A stretch of 27,218 nucleotides of DNA from Pseudomonadota bacterium. Lineage in GTDB: Bacteria > Bdellovibrionota > FAC87 > UBA2466. A program made the translations under genes and the position numbers. Shown piece by piece: positions 18,849 through 27,218 of the stretch. The DNA lies in NCBI GenBank assembly GCA_043767805.1, contig JAYUGC010000123.1:1-27218 (forward strand), in the 5' to 3' direction. The notes below the pieces were generated by a model. That model had not been told where the DNA came from. It searched no databases and worked only from the letters and a program-made list of their open reading frames with translations. The number at the start of each line of letters is the position of its first letter. Positions within the stretch are counted from its first letter, which is position 1.

Positions 18849-18878
18849 GCTCCAAATTTCCTCAAGGAAATTTGGAGC
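18849..18878. repeat. Perfect 14-bp inverted repeat with 2-nt centre
   Basis: GCTCCAAATTTCCT-CA-AGGAAATTTGGAGC read directly from the sequence. Confidence 0.9.
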
Positions 18879-18960
18879 CATCAATTTTCCGTTTTCCGTT
18901 CTCATTCTCAACTTCTCGCGTTGAATCCGAGAGCGACCAGAAGCGCCTAGCTTAAGAAGG

Positions 18961-19612
18961 CTAAACGACGCCGTTGGAGCAATCCCGCACTTCGAAATGG
19001 AGATGGGCGGTAGAAGAGCAACCTGAGCTACCGACGAGTCCCTTGGCTTGTCCGGCGGCGACGTTATCGCCCACTTTCACGAGCACGCTATTCTGCCTCA
19101 GGCGGCCATACCAGCTGCTAAACCCGTTCGCATGGCGGACATACACATGGTTCCAGGCACCACATCCCGGCGCCCCTTCCATGTTGCGATCGAAGAGGTC
19201 CGATTGCACTTCCGTGACGACGCCCGCCGCGGCGGCCAGCGCCGAAACGCCTTTGTCCATCTGGCGGAAGGTGGGCAGATCGATGTCGATGCCATTGTGA
19301 CCGTTATAGGTCTTCGCGGCACTTCCGGTATTGTTCCGAAAGTCGCGGATTCCGGGACCCGGATCCAGATCCACGTAATTATTGACGACCCAGGGAGTTC
19401 CCATCGGAATGACCGGAAGTGTGTAAGCCTGCCCGTCAGTGTCGCGGATCTTCTGACTTCGGTGCCGGCGATGGCCGCGGGGAAGCCAGTGTCCGTAAAG
19501 GGACGCAGGCGTAGGTCTGCCCCTGAAAGGCCGACCAGTAGCGATAGCAGTTTTTGGAGGCCTCCACCGTCCGGTACACGGTCAGGGCAAACAGGAAAAG
19601 CAGAATTCGCAT
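18961..19612 (-). pseudogene. Fragmented M23-family metallopeptidase
   Basis: 18961..19404 has YNGHNGIDID (HxxxD), AAAAGVV and GLVGSSGCSSTAHLHFEVR (HxH), ending abruptly at NGVV-stop. A signal-peptide ORF (19612..19436, MRILLFLFALTV...) lies upstream in another frame. Confidence 0.7.
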
Positions 19613-19741
19613 GGGCGCAATCTACTCAAAACCGGGATTTTTGATAGCTGGATTAAAAAGGGGGCAGCCTCCCGGAATCGGGTTGTCCCGGTCACCACTG
19701 CCCCTAACTAGCGAGGGAGTACCGCCAGCCAAAAAAGCGGT

Positions 19742-20032
19742 CTAGCCGGCTTTAGCCAATTTAGATTTCTTCTTATGGTCCTGCGCCGCCTGCCAGAGAT
19801 CATATTGCGACTGCAGATTCATCCAAAGCTCGGCAGAGGTTCCCAAAGCATCGGCAAAAGCGAGAGCAACAGCAGGAGTCACTCCCCGCTTACCTCGAAT
19901 CAGCTCATTCACCTTGGCGTGAGACCAGCCAAGATGATTTGCCAAAGCAGTTTGGGTAACGCCCATGGGTTTTAGAAATTCCTCTTCCAACATCTCCCCT
20001 GGATGAGTGGGGCGTCTATGTTTTGGTAACAT
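19742..20032 (-). CDS. higA: HigA-family antitoxin (HTH-XRE)
   Basis: PTHPGEMLEEEFLKPMGVTQ..LA, RGVTP..AL and LGTSAELWMNLQSQYDLW; GAGG RBS. Confidence 0.95.
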   Translation of the reverse strand: MLPKHRRPTHPGEMLEEEFLKPMGVTQTALANHLGWSHAKVNELIRGKRGVTPAVALAFADALGTSAELWMNLQSQYDLWQAAQDHKKKSKLAKAG

Positions 20033-20046
20033 TGATATACCTCTAC

Positions 20047-20337
20047 TTAGTGATAATCCACGATCTGCACGTCAGACACATTGCCTTCTTGCCATCGGAA
20101 AATGATCCTCCATTGATCATTAATCCGAATGCTGTGAAAGCCCTTCAAGTCGCCCGATAAGGCTTCTAGCCTATTCCCCGGCGGTACCCGAAGGTCCTCC
20201 AGTTGGGCGGCTCCATTCAAAAGATCTAATAGCCGACGCGCTTTATTATGAAGCGCCGCAGGGAGCTTACGCGCGGGCTTACTATTCAATCCGTCGAATA
20301 TGTCCCGGCTTGCCTTATCCTTGATGGACCGAATCAC
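20047..20337 (-). CDS. higB: HigB-family (RelE-like) toxin
   Basis: MIRSIKDK...DLRVPPGNRLEALSGDLKGFHSIRINDQWRIIFRW...VDYH; toxin precedes antitoxin; GTG start at 20337 (ATG 20346 is an alternative). Confidence 0.95.
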   Translation of the reverse strand: MIRSIKDKASRDIFDGLNSKPARKLPAALHNKARRLLDLLNGAAQLEDLRVPPGNRLEALSGDLKGFHSIRINDQWRIIFRWQEGNVSDVQIVDYH

Positions 20338-20345
20338 TAGTACCA

Positions 20346-20379
20346 TATATCGGAAGTCGGTATACCGATCAACGGTATA
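20346..20379. promoter_or_regulatory. Two overlapping palindromic operators over the higBA promoter
   Basis: TATATCG-N5-CGGTATA (20346-20364) and TATACCG-N5-CGGTATA (20361-20379); a minus-strand TTGATC (-35-like) lies inside the second. Confidence 0.75.
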
Positions 20380-20606
20380 GTGATAGCCGGCATTTTGTTC
20401 GGGTCGGGCCAAGAACGGCCCAAATCTACCAGGACCAACCAGCATCGAAGCTTCACTTAAATTATGGGTTCGATTTGCTTTTTCTTATAGGTACACTGGC
20501 GATACGCCGACAAATCGATGACTCGAAGCGCATTTTTTGTTTTAGCCATTTTGAGGGGCACGAATCGAGACGCCACGGCCTTTCTTTGCGAGAATAGAGG
20601 CTCACC

Positions 20607-22247
20607 ATGAAAAAGCTCAACGCCGGCCGTTTCGAAAACATTCTGGGCGGAGGCGCTAGCTTTCTTCTGCCGCTTCTTTTACTGGGACTGCTGCTTCGCT
20701 TCTGGCTCGGGGGGATTCTCGGCCCCATGAGCGGCGATCCGGTTTTTTCTTACAGCTACCGAGCCCTCCTCATGGCCCACGGAGAGTGGGCGGGCCTTTT
20801 CAAAATGTGGCATCCGCCCGGCTATCCGGTGATTTTGGCGTTTCTCCATCGTCTGAGCGGCTACGCGATTTCCCCCTATCAAATCGGCCGCGCCCTGAAT
20901 CTCGTCTGCTACGTCGCGCTGACTCTGATTGTGGATGGCCTCCTTCGCTCGCGCGCCACGAAGACCACCCGCCTGGTCACCGCCGCCTGCCTCGCCTTTT
21001 GGGAAACGCTTTTTTACTGGGAGGCGGTCGCCGTGACCGAGCCGCTCTATGCGGTTCTACTTTACGGAACCATCGCGCTTTTTCTCCGCTGGAATGGGAA
21101 AAGCCTCGGGCCCATCTTGCTGGGAGCCGTACTCATGGGAATCGCCGGTACCATGCGCCGAGAAGCGATCGCGCCTCTCGTGGGCATGGGCTTGTGGCTC
21201 ATGGTAGAGACGAGCCGCGCGCGCCGACCAACCCGCACGACCTTTCTCGTTCTCGGCACTTTGCTCTTGGGATATCTGGCCACAGCCGGATGGACGTTTC
21301 TCGATCCGCTCTACCGTGTCCACATGAAAGCCCAGGAGTTTTCCTTCACGGTGCCTGTGGCCCAAGGGCTCACGGCCAATGTTTTACGCGCCGTCGAGTG
21401 CGTGTACCGCGCCCTCGTCGAATGGTTACCGCAAGTGCTTCTCTTGCCGTTTTGGATGCTCGCGGCTTGCGGTCTCCTGTCGAAGGTCGGAGAGAAATCG
21501 TGGGACCGCTTGCATGCCCTCGTTCTTCTTTCGCTGCTCCCCGCGCTGGCCGCGGTGGTTCTGACCATTCAGCACAAGCGCACGGGCTTCTTTCTCATAC
21601 CGGCCGCGGCCCTCTATTTCGGACTGGGCTTCGAGTGGCTCGCTTCGCAGCTCGGCAAGCGTCAGCCCAAATGGATTCCGGTCGCTTTGGTTCTCGTGCT
21701 CGTCATGGTGGGCGGCCAATCATTACGCATTCTCTGGCGCTTGAAGAAATTCCCGCCCGATCGGAATAGGGAAATCACCTACCGTCAAAGCCTGTTGCTT
21801 AGAAAAGCGAACATTCGCCCCGCAAAAATTTGGGCGTTCGGCAACGAGCCCGAGATCTACGCCTATTGGGGTCAGCCCTTGGATTACCCCTTCGATCAAA
21901 GAAGCGAGTACGCACACACTTATAGCGATCATGCCAAAGAGCCCGCGCGCTTTTTGGAAGCCCTCAGACAAAAAGAAATTCGCTACCTGCTCTTCTCGCT
22001 GCCCGCTTCCCCGAGCGATACCGCCCCTCAGGATCCCTACGGCATTCTCGTTCCCGCGCGCTCGGATCTCGAAAACCTGGTGCGGCAGGCGCCAAGCCTT
22101 CACCTCAAGGCTCTCGGCGAGGAAACCATGCCCGAGGGCGGTCCCCGTCTGTACCTCTTTGAGCTGGGCGACGCACCGTCCGCGCAAAGCGCCTCGCGTC
22201 ATCCCGCCTCCTCAAGGATTGTGAAGAAATCGACGAAATGTAAATGA
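20607..22247 (+). CDS. Polytopic membrane glycosyltransferase, GT-C fold (ArnT/PMT-like)
   Basis: More than ten hydrophobic segments; D...Y in the first loop (GDPVFSY), HPPGYP, TEPL and R.EA; soluble C-terminal domain. Confidence 0.75.
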   Translation: MKKLNAGRFENILGGGASFLLPLLLLGLLLRFWLGGILGPMSGDPVFSYSYRALLMAHGEWAGLFKMWHPPGYPVILAFLHRLSGYAISPYQIGRALNLVCYVALTLIVDGLLRSRATKTTRLVTAACLAFWETLFYWEAVAVTEPLYAVLLYGTIALFLRWNGKSLGPILLGAVLMGIAGTMRREAIAPLVGMGLWLMVETSRARRPTRTTFLVLGTLLLGYLATAGWTFLDPLYRVHMKAQEFSFTVPVAQGLTANVLRAVECVYRALVEWLPQVLLLPFWMLAACGLLSKVGEKSWDRLHALVLLSLLPALAAVVLTIQHKRTGFFLIPAAALYFGLGFEWLASQLGKRQPKWIPVALVLVLVMVGGQSLRILWRLKKFPPDRNREITYRQSLLLRKANIRPAKIWAFGNEPEIYAYWGQPLDYPFDQRSEYAHTYSDHAKEPARFLEALRQKEIRYLLFSLPASPSDTAPQDPYGILVPARSDLENLVRQAPSLHLKALGEETMPEGGPRLYLFELGDAPSAQSASRHPASSRIVKKSTKCK

Positions 22248-23065
22248 GGCCCATTTTGTCGAACCCTTACGTCCGCATTTTTGCTCGGTCCACTCCCAAG
22301 GTGAAAAGCGCCACGCTGGTGATCCCGGTGTATTGCGAGTCAAACAGTATTCCCCACCTGATCGAACAATTAAAAGCCGTGAAGTGGCCGGTCCCGACCG
22401 AATGGATCTTCGTAGACGACGCCAGCACCGATGATTCCGTCCAGGTCATCGAGCGCTTTCAAAAAACCTGCCGCAATATTCGCCTCATCAAGCTTCCCCT
22501 GAACCGCGGAAAAGGAAACGCCATCCGCGAAGGCTTTCGTTTGGCAAAGGGCGAGATCGTCGCGGTTCAGGACGCCGACAACGAGTACGATCCGAACGAT
22601 CTGCCCGGCCTGATGAAGCCCATTTTGGATAAGCGCGCGGACGTGGTGTACGGCACGCGTTACGGCAAAGGCTCGGGCCAAGTGCACCGCACTTACCATC
22701 GGCTCGGAAATCTCTTTCTCACTTTGCTTTCGAATTTCTGCTCGAACCTCCATCTCTCCGACATGGAAGTTTGCTACAAAGTTTTCCGGACGGACGTGGT
22801 GCGCGCTTTCAAACTGGAAACGTCGCGCTTCGGTTTCGAGCCTGAAGTCACGGCCTACCTCGCGAAGTTCGATCTGCGGATCCTGGAGTTCCCGGTGCAG
22901 TATTTTCCGCGCAGCTATTTGCAGGGAAAGAAAATCGGCTGGAGAGACGGCATCGCCGCCATCTGGTTCATCCTGCGCTTTAACTTCTTCCGCTCGGGCG
23001 CTCAGTGCCTCACGTCCGAGGCCATCGCCACTTACGAGATTTCGAGCGAACGTAAGGCCGCCTAG
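22244..23065 (+). CDS. Glycosyltransferase family 2, polyprenol-phosphate glycosyltransferase (DPM/GtrB-like)
   Basis: LVIPVYCE, IFVDDASTD, NRGKGNA, QDADNEY, VVYGTR, SDMEVCYK, FGFEPEVT and GKKIGWRDG; ATGA overlap with the upstream gene. Confidence 0.92.
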   Translation: MRPILSNPYVRIFARSTPKVKSATLVIPVYCESNSIPHLIEQLKAVKWPVPTEWIFVDDASTDDSVQVIERFQKTCRNIRLIKLPLNRGKGNAIREGFRLAKGEIVAVQDADNEYDPNDLPGLMKPILDKRADVVYGTRYGKGSGQVHRTYHRLGNLFLTLLSNFCSNLHLSDMEVCYKVFRTDVVRAFKLETSRFGFEPEVTAYLAKFDLRILEFPVQYFPRSYLQGKKIGWRDGIAAIWFILRFNFFRSGAQCLTSEAIATYEISSERKAA

Positions 23066-23193
23066 CCCTGCTCCCGTCCCCATAAGGCTTTAATTTTCAT
23101 AGACTTATTTCGATGAGTCGATCGACAAGCGTTTGTCGCTTCTCCCCGTAAGAGGCAAAAGGCTCAGTTCAAAAGTCCACGCGCACTCACAGT

Positions 23194-23229
23194 CACGACG
23201 GAGCCCTTCTGCGGGGGGCCCCGTTCGTG
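23194..23229. terminator. GC-rich hairpin between convergent genes, probable terminator
   Basis: CACGA-CGG-A-GCCC ... GGGC-C-CCG-T-TCGTG, a few nt from the kinase stop codon; no strong U-tract. Confidence 0.5.
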
Positions 23230-23235
23230 TATTTC

Positions 23236-25134
23236 CTAGATCGCTTTGGGAAGGACGATGAAAAACTGGCTGCCGTTGGTCGCCTCCGACGTGGCCCAGA
23301 TACGGCCGCCGTGGCGCTCGACGATCGCGCGGCAAATGCTCAAGCCAAGCCCAGTTCCGGGACGCTCGGACACCTGCCCCAAACGGCGGAACGGCTCGAA
23401 GATTTTTTCCGCCTCTTCTCGCTTAAAGCCCACGCCGTTATCCGAAATCTCAAAGAGCCATTCTCGATTCGTGTTTTGAACTTTCAGTTCCACCACGGGC
23501 GGCGCTTCGCTGCGGTACTTCAAGGAGTTCCCGATTAAATTCTGAAAAAGCTGCAGGAGCTGGGTGCGATTGCCCATCACGTCCGGCATAGGGCCGAAGG
23601 AAAGCCGGGCTCCAGTCTCGCGTATCTCAGAATCGAGATTGGCCAAGACTTCTCCTATCACTGCTTCCAGGGAAACCGATTCCACCTTCTCGGTGGACTT
23701 GGTGGCGCGAGTAAAGGAAAGGAGATCGTCGATGAGGAGCCTCATCCGTTTCGCGGCGTCGCTTGCGAACGTCAACCATTCCCGAGATGCCGGATCCCAC
23801 TCCACCTTCGAACGGCGGCCGAGCAAATCCAAGTAGCTCGTGACGGTAGTGAGCGGCGAGCGAAGATCGTGAGAGACCATCGCGGCAAAACGATCGAGCT
23901 CCGCGTTCGAACGGGATAAGTCCTCAACCAGAGAGCTCGCCTTGGCGGTCGCGTTTCGTTCGGCGGTAATGTCCTCGATGAGCTGCACTTCGCGCGTCAC
24001 GCCGGCGGCGTCCCGGATGTAGGAAGCGGTAATGCGTACCCAAACGGGAGTTTGAGTTTCCCGGCGCGTGAGGAGACGAAGCTCTTGCCGATAAGTCTTT
24101 TGCCCCGGTTGCACGATGTCGGCGCGGCGAGCGATGGCATCGGGCAAATCCTCCGGGTGCACGAAAGTCCGGAGCGGAATCGAGGGAAGCTCGGATTCTG
24201 GGTAGCCGAGCAGCGATACGAGCGCGGGATTGGATTGCACGTAAGTGCGCTCGGGTCCGACCACCCCGATGCCAATGGGAGCTTCGGAAAAAATCGTCTT
24301 GAATCTTCGCTCACTCAGAAAGAGCGCCTCTTGGCTTTGGGTAAAAGTCTGGAAGACGTATCTTAGCGCGATGAACACCGGCACGCATTGCGCGAGCTGC
24401 ACCAGCCACCAGTTCACGCTCCAAAGCTCCGAGAACGGCAAAACGATACCGGCGAGACCGAAGAAGAAACAAATCGTCGCTAAAGAAGCGAAATCCGCTC
24501 CCGGGCCAAAGCGGGCCTTCAAGAAAAAATGCCGGGCCACGACGAGATACACCAAGCCGCCTAGAAAGTTGACGATCTTGGTGAGGCTCGAGAACTCGAG
24601 GCCGTCGGTCGCGCGGGGGAGCGAGTCGGCGCAGAAAAGCAAAAGCACCGAGAGAGCAAGGCAAACCGACGCCACCCCCATGAAGGTGCGCGTCGTCGCC
24701 CATCGCTCCACCCATCTCTCGGGGAGCCAGATGGTCGCAAAAAGCACGGCTCCCAACACCGTGTCGAAATTGTCGAGCCAGAGGGAGACGTTCGTACGCT
24801 CGGTGAAAGATTTCGCGGCAAGCGCGAGGCCCATTCCCATCAGCGCGAGCGCGGCGCTAAACAGAAACGCCGATTTCGGGCGATAGGGACGTATCAAAAG
24901 CAGCACGATGCCGAGGAGAATCGAAACGATCGCCCCGGAGCCGTCCACGACGGAAAAAAGCTGCCGGTTTTCCCAGGCCAGGTGAGGAAATATAAAATGA
25001 GAGACGACGGCAAGGGCAAGAAAGCTCAGGGCGGCGGCAAAGATCCGCAAGGCACCCTTACTAATCGTCTCTCGCCCCGAAAAAATCAAAGCGAGTCGGC
25101 GGTACGAATCCAGAGTCGCGTCCTGGAAGCTCAC
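23236..25134 (-). CDS. Membrane sensor histidine kinase (multi-TM sensor, PAS, HisKA, HATPase)
   Basis: About eight TM helices; PAS (F..AP.GI, VHPED, DIT); H-box SHDLRSPL; N-box QNLIGNSLKY; DNGVG, IFEPFRRL and GTGLGLSIC. Confidence 0.93.
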   Translation of the reverse strand: MSFQDATLDSYRRLALIFSGRETISKGALRIFAAALSFLALAVVSHFIFPHLAWENRQLFSVVDGSGAIVSILLGIVLLLIRPYRPKSAFLFSAALALMGMGLALAAKSFTERTNVSLWLDNFDTVLGAVLFATIWLPERWVERWATTRTFMGVASVCLALSVLLLFCADSLPRATDGLEFSSLTKIVNFLGGLVYLVVARHFFLKARFGPGADFASLATICFFFGLAGIVLPFSELWSVNWWLVQLAQCVPVFIALRYVFQTFTQSQEALFLSERRFKTIFSEAPIGIGVVGPERTYVQSNPALVSLLGYPESELPSIPLRTFVHPEDLPDAIARRADIVQPGQKTYRQELRLLTRRETQTPVWVRITASYIRDAAGVTREVQLIEDITAERNATAKASSLVEDLSRSNAELDRFAAMVSHDLRSPLTTVTSYLDLLGRRSKVEWDPASREWLTFASDAAKRMRLLIDDLLSFTRATKSTEKVESVSLEAVIGEVLANLDSEIRETGARLSFGPMPDVMGNRTQLLQLFQNLIGNSLKYRSEAPPVVELKVQNTNREWLFEISDNGVGFKREEAEKIFEPFRRLGQVSERPGTGLGLSICRAIVERHGGRIWATSEATNGSQFFIVLPKAI

Positions 25135-25307
25135 ATTTGCCCTTTCTGTTTCTCCGGTTTAACCCGGACTCACGGCAAAGACAAACTTACCGCTAGAGCG
25201 CAGCGGCGTCATTTATTAGGATGAGGCACGCAGGCGTCGGCTTTTTCAGGGATGAAGTGAAGGACGGGAACGAGCAAGTCTTTGTAGGTTCCGTGAGTGC
25301 CATGCGG

Positions 25308-25901
25308 CTATAAAACGATTTCTTCCATGGGTCCCTCGACCGACGCTTTCACCGAGACCAGCTCGGCGACGTTCACGCCGAGGAAAGAGGGGGACTCAAT
25401 GCCGAAATCTTTCAAGAGGACTCCGAACTCGAGCCCTAGGCCTAAGTCTTTGCCTTTACGCCACACGACGGCTTTTCCGATTACTGGCTTCTCGACGCCG
25501 TGCAATTTCATTGTTCCTTGGAACGGAACGTCTTCCCGGCGGAAATCTCCGCTAGCTTCGCCGATGGCGAGAGAGCCAAGGTTGAGCTCGGCCATGGGAA
25601 ACTTCGCGACCTCGAGATACTTTTCTTTCAGATGGCGCGTTCTGAGCCCGATGCCGGTGTCGAGTGCATCAAGCGGCACTTGAAGAGAGCCCGTTAGCCT
25701 ATTGCCCATCTCAATCAGGGCGCCGCCGCAAGGCGTTCCCTCTTTCAGCGTGCCGCGGATCTTCACGGCGCTGGGCACGGTGGTGGCGAGGAACTCGACG
25801 GCGGAGACGGATTTCTCCACGCGCAGCGCAGGCAGAGCCAAGACGGCGTGAGAAAGCCCCAGCCACCCCACTCCCGTCATGAGTATTGCCCACCGTTTCA
25901 C
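25308..25901 (-). CDS. YceI-family lipid/polyisoprenoid-binding periplasmic protein
   Basis: LDTGIGLRTRHLKEKYLEVAKFP, GTMKLHGVEKPV and DFGIESPSFLGVNV; AGGAG RBS before GTG 25901 and a signal peptide. Confidence 0.88.
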   Translation of the reverse strand: MKRWAILMTGVGWLGLSHAVLALPALRVEKSVSAVEFLATTVPSAVKIRGTLKEGTPCGGALIEMGNRLTGSLQVPLDALDTGIGLRTRHLKEKYLEVAKFPMAELNLGSLAIGEASGDFRREDVPFQGTMKLHGVEKPVIGKAVVWRKGKDLGLGLEFGVLLKDFGIESPSFLGVNVAELVSVKASVEGPMEEIVL

Positions 25902-25964
25902 CAATTGTGCTCCTGTGCCCTCCAGTTTAATCGCTTTTCCCAATCTCGCTCGACGCACCCGGTC

Positions 25965-27218
25965 CTAGGGCTTTCCGGTGCGGAGATAGCTTTCGAAAGC
26001 GGCTTTTTCCGCGGCCCCGATCGCGTGATTACCGGGAGGCATGCGCCCTTCCCCTTCGAGATTCAAGCGGTCGAGGATTTCGTCGCGAAAGAGTTTTCCC
26101 GAAGCCGCCGTCTCCGTCGTGAGCCGCTTCCAGTCGAAGAAGGGGACGTCGTCCGAATGACATTCGAAGCAGGCGCGGGGCACGGGAACTTTGGGCGTCT
26201 GGGACGTGGGTTCACGCTGGCTGGAATCCTGTCCGGCCTTCACCACGTCGAATTTCTTTTTCGGACAGGCGGCGGTTAAATCCGCTTCTTCTAGATCGCC
26301 CATCTTTTCCGCTTTGAGCTTTCCCGAGCGGACTAGCTCGGGGTTTTTCACTATCTCGCCCTTGAGCTCTTTCCATTTGGCGTGCACCAGGCTTTGGCAG
26401 CGCTCGGGATCGAGACCCAAAGGAATGAGAGCCGCGGCGCTATCTGAAATCTCGTGGCCGAAGCGCGAGCAGAGCTGCGCCCAAAGCGCGCCCAAGGCGG
26501 CAACGGCGTGGTAGCCGTTCCCTCCCGCCTTGGGTGCGCAGCTCGGGGTGCTTACGAGATCAAAGGGTTCCGCGTTCGCCCGCGCGGGATCGGCCAGGAC
26601 AAAGCTCGATTTCACGCCGGGCTCCCCGCTGCGTTGCGGATGATTGAGATAGACGATCTTGCCGTCCCGCCGGAAGGCGGGGAAAACCGAATTGGAGCTG
26701 GTGTTGTTGGTCAGCTTCGTGATTTCTCCCGTGCTGCGCTTTAAAACGAAAACATTCGCGACCAGGGAATCACTCGGCACTGAAAAATAGGAATCCCCCG
26801 CCGAGCTATTGTTCAAAACGTGGAAGGTAAGCGAGTCTCCATCGAAACTGAAATCCACCTTGCCCGTGGGAATGCCGAGGTTCATGGCTTCGCGGCAGCT
26901 CCCGTTCGAGGGATCGAGGTCGAAGATCTTCGTCACCCCCGCGTTGACGTCGAGCGCCGCAATCTGGCGCCCGTCTTTTGAAAGCATGGGAAGACTAAGC
27001 CGCATCCCCTTGCACAGGACGGTGGGGCTCGCGCCTTCCTTAAGGACGGCCGGTTTCTCACTCGCGTCCCTCGGTTCCTTCACCGTGTAATCGCGAAAGC
27101 TCAAACCGTCTTGATCCGTAATCACGCGAAAGGTCTTCTCCCCGTTTCCGGCTTTCACCGTGCCGATGGATTGATAGACGCCCTTCAAGTCCGCATCCAC
27201 GAGAAGCGGTTCCTTTTT
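25965..27218 (-). CDS. TolB/PD40-like beta-propeller protein with C-terminal mono-heme cytochrome c domain (5' partial)
   Basis: PMLSKDGRQIA, DFSFDGDSLTF and FPAFRRDGKIVY repeats; C-terminal CFECH...RMPP. The frame stays open to the window end (KKEPLLVD...). Confidence 0.7.
   Translation of the reverse strand, partial: KKEPLLVDADLKGVYQSIGTVKAGNGEKTFRVITDQDGLSFRDYTVKEPRDASEKPAVLKEGASPTVLCKGMRLSLPMLSKDGRQIAALDVNAGVTKIFDLDPSNGSCREAMNLGIPTGKVDFSFDGDSLTFHVLNNSSAGDSYFSVPSDSLVANVFVLKRSTGEITKLTNNTSSNSVFPAFRRDGKIVYLNHPQRSGEPGVKSSFVLADPARANAEPFDLVSTPSCAPKAGGNGYHAVAALGALWAQLCSRFGHEISDSAAALIPLGLDPERCQSLVHAKWKELKGEIVKNPELVRSGKLKAEKMGDLEEADLTAACPKKKFDVVKAGQDSSQREPTSQTPKVPVPRACFECHSDDVPFFDWKRLTTETAASGKLFRDEILDRLNLEGEGRMPPGNHAIGAAEKAAFESYLRTGKP

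Larger units (their letters stand above)
5819..20560. mobile_element. tRNA-Ala-adjacent accessory/genomic island with no integrase in the window; right boundary approximate
   Basis: Visible shift to more AT-rich sequence after the tRNA (judged by eye), with a transposase remnant, pseudogenes, a TA module and glycan genes. Host-like GC-rich codon usage resumes near 20607. Confidence 0.6.

Noticed and set aside
18764..18955. Peptide RALTHHDHWFAYYGVT faintly resembling a group II intron maturase motif
   Set aside because: Too short, and there is no RT domain or domain V/VI RNA structure nearby.
19560..19568. GCCTCCACC matching the tRNA-Ala 3' end (5809-5817) as a possible attR
   Set aside because: Only 9 bp, GC-rich, plausible by chance in 27 kb, and inside a probable coding remnant; island-like sequence continues beyond it.
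19581..19660. AGGGCAAAC...GGGCGCAA resembling a c-di-GMP-I riboswitch
   Set aside because: The intervening sequence does not form the P2 stem or GNRA loop, P3 is absent, and there is no downstream plus-strand gene; it is antisense to a signal-peptide ORF.
20786..21769. 327-aa alternative-frame ORF and the many other overlapping ORFs in the track
   Set aside because: Arg/Pro/Ser-rich shadow frames of GC-rich genes, with no recognisable motifs.
1..27218. CRISPR array, integron attC array or integrase gene
   Set aside because: By eye I found no regularly spaced repeats, recurring attC-like cores or recombinase ORF.

Overview
A GC-rich bacterial chromosomal window, interrupted by an accessory island that starts at the 3' end of a tRNA-Ala(TGC) gene (5743-5818) and runs to about 20,560. 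The island looks lower in GC by eye (not computed). The left flank carries a secreted hypothetical protein, cysD plus fused cysNC (PAPS synthesis, with no cysH/cysIJ in the window), exported msrB/msrA and a secreted coiled-coil protein. The island holds a decayed IS4/IS50-type transposase and a strand-alternating set of envelope-glycan genes: an MsbA/PglK-like ABC exporter, two GT2s, a TagF-like GT-B protein, an SGNH protein split by one stop codon, a 2OG-Fe(II) oxygenase and two SAM methyltransferases. It also holds an unusual co-oriented pair, a TsdA-like diheme cytochrome c and an aryl-sulfate sulfotransferase, followed by a tRNA-Gly-like 3' fragment fused to a 30-bp palindrome, an M23 peptidase remnant and a higBA module with a double operator. 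The right flank has a GT-C/GT2 pair, an orphan PAS histidine kinase, a YceI protein and a partial PD40-propeller/cytochrome c protein. The best candidate for an undescribed system is extracytoplasmic sulfation of a surface glycan linked to thiosulfate/tetrathionate redox. This is inferred from gene neighbourhood only.
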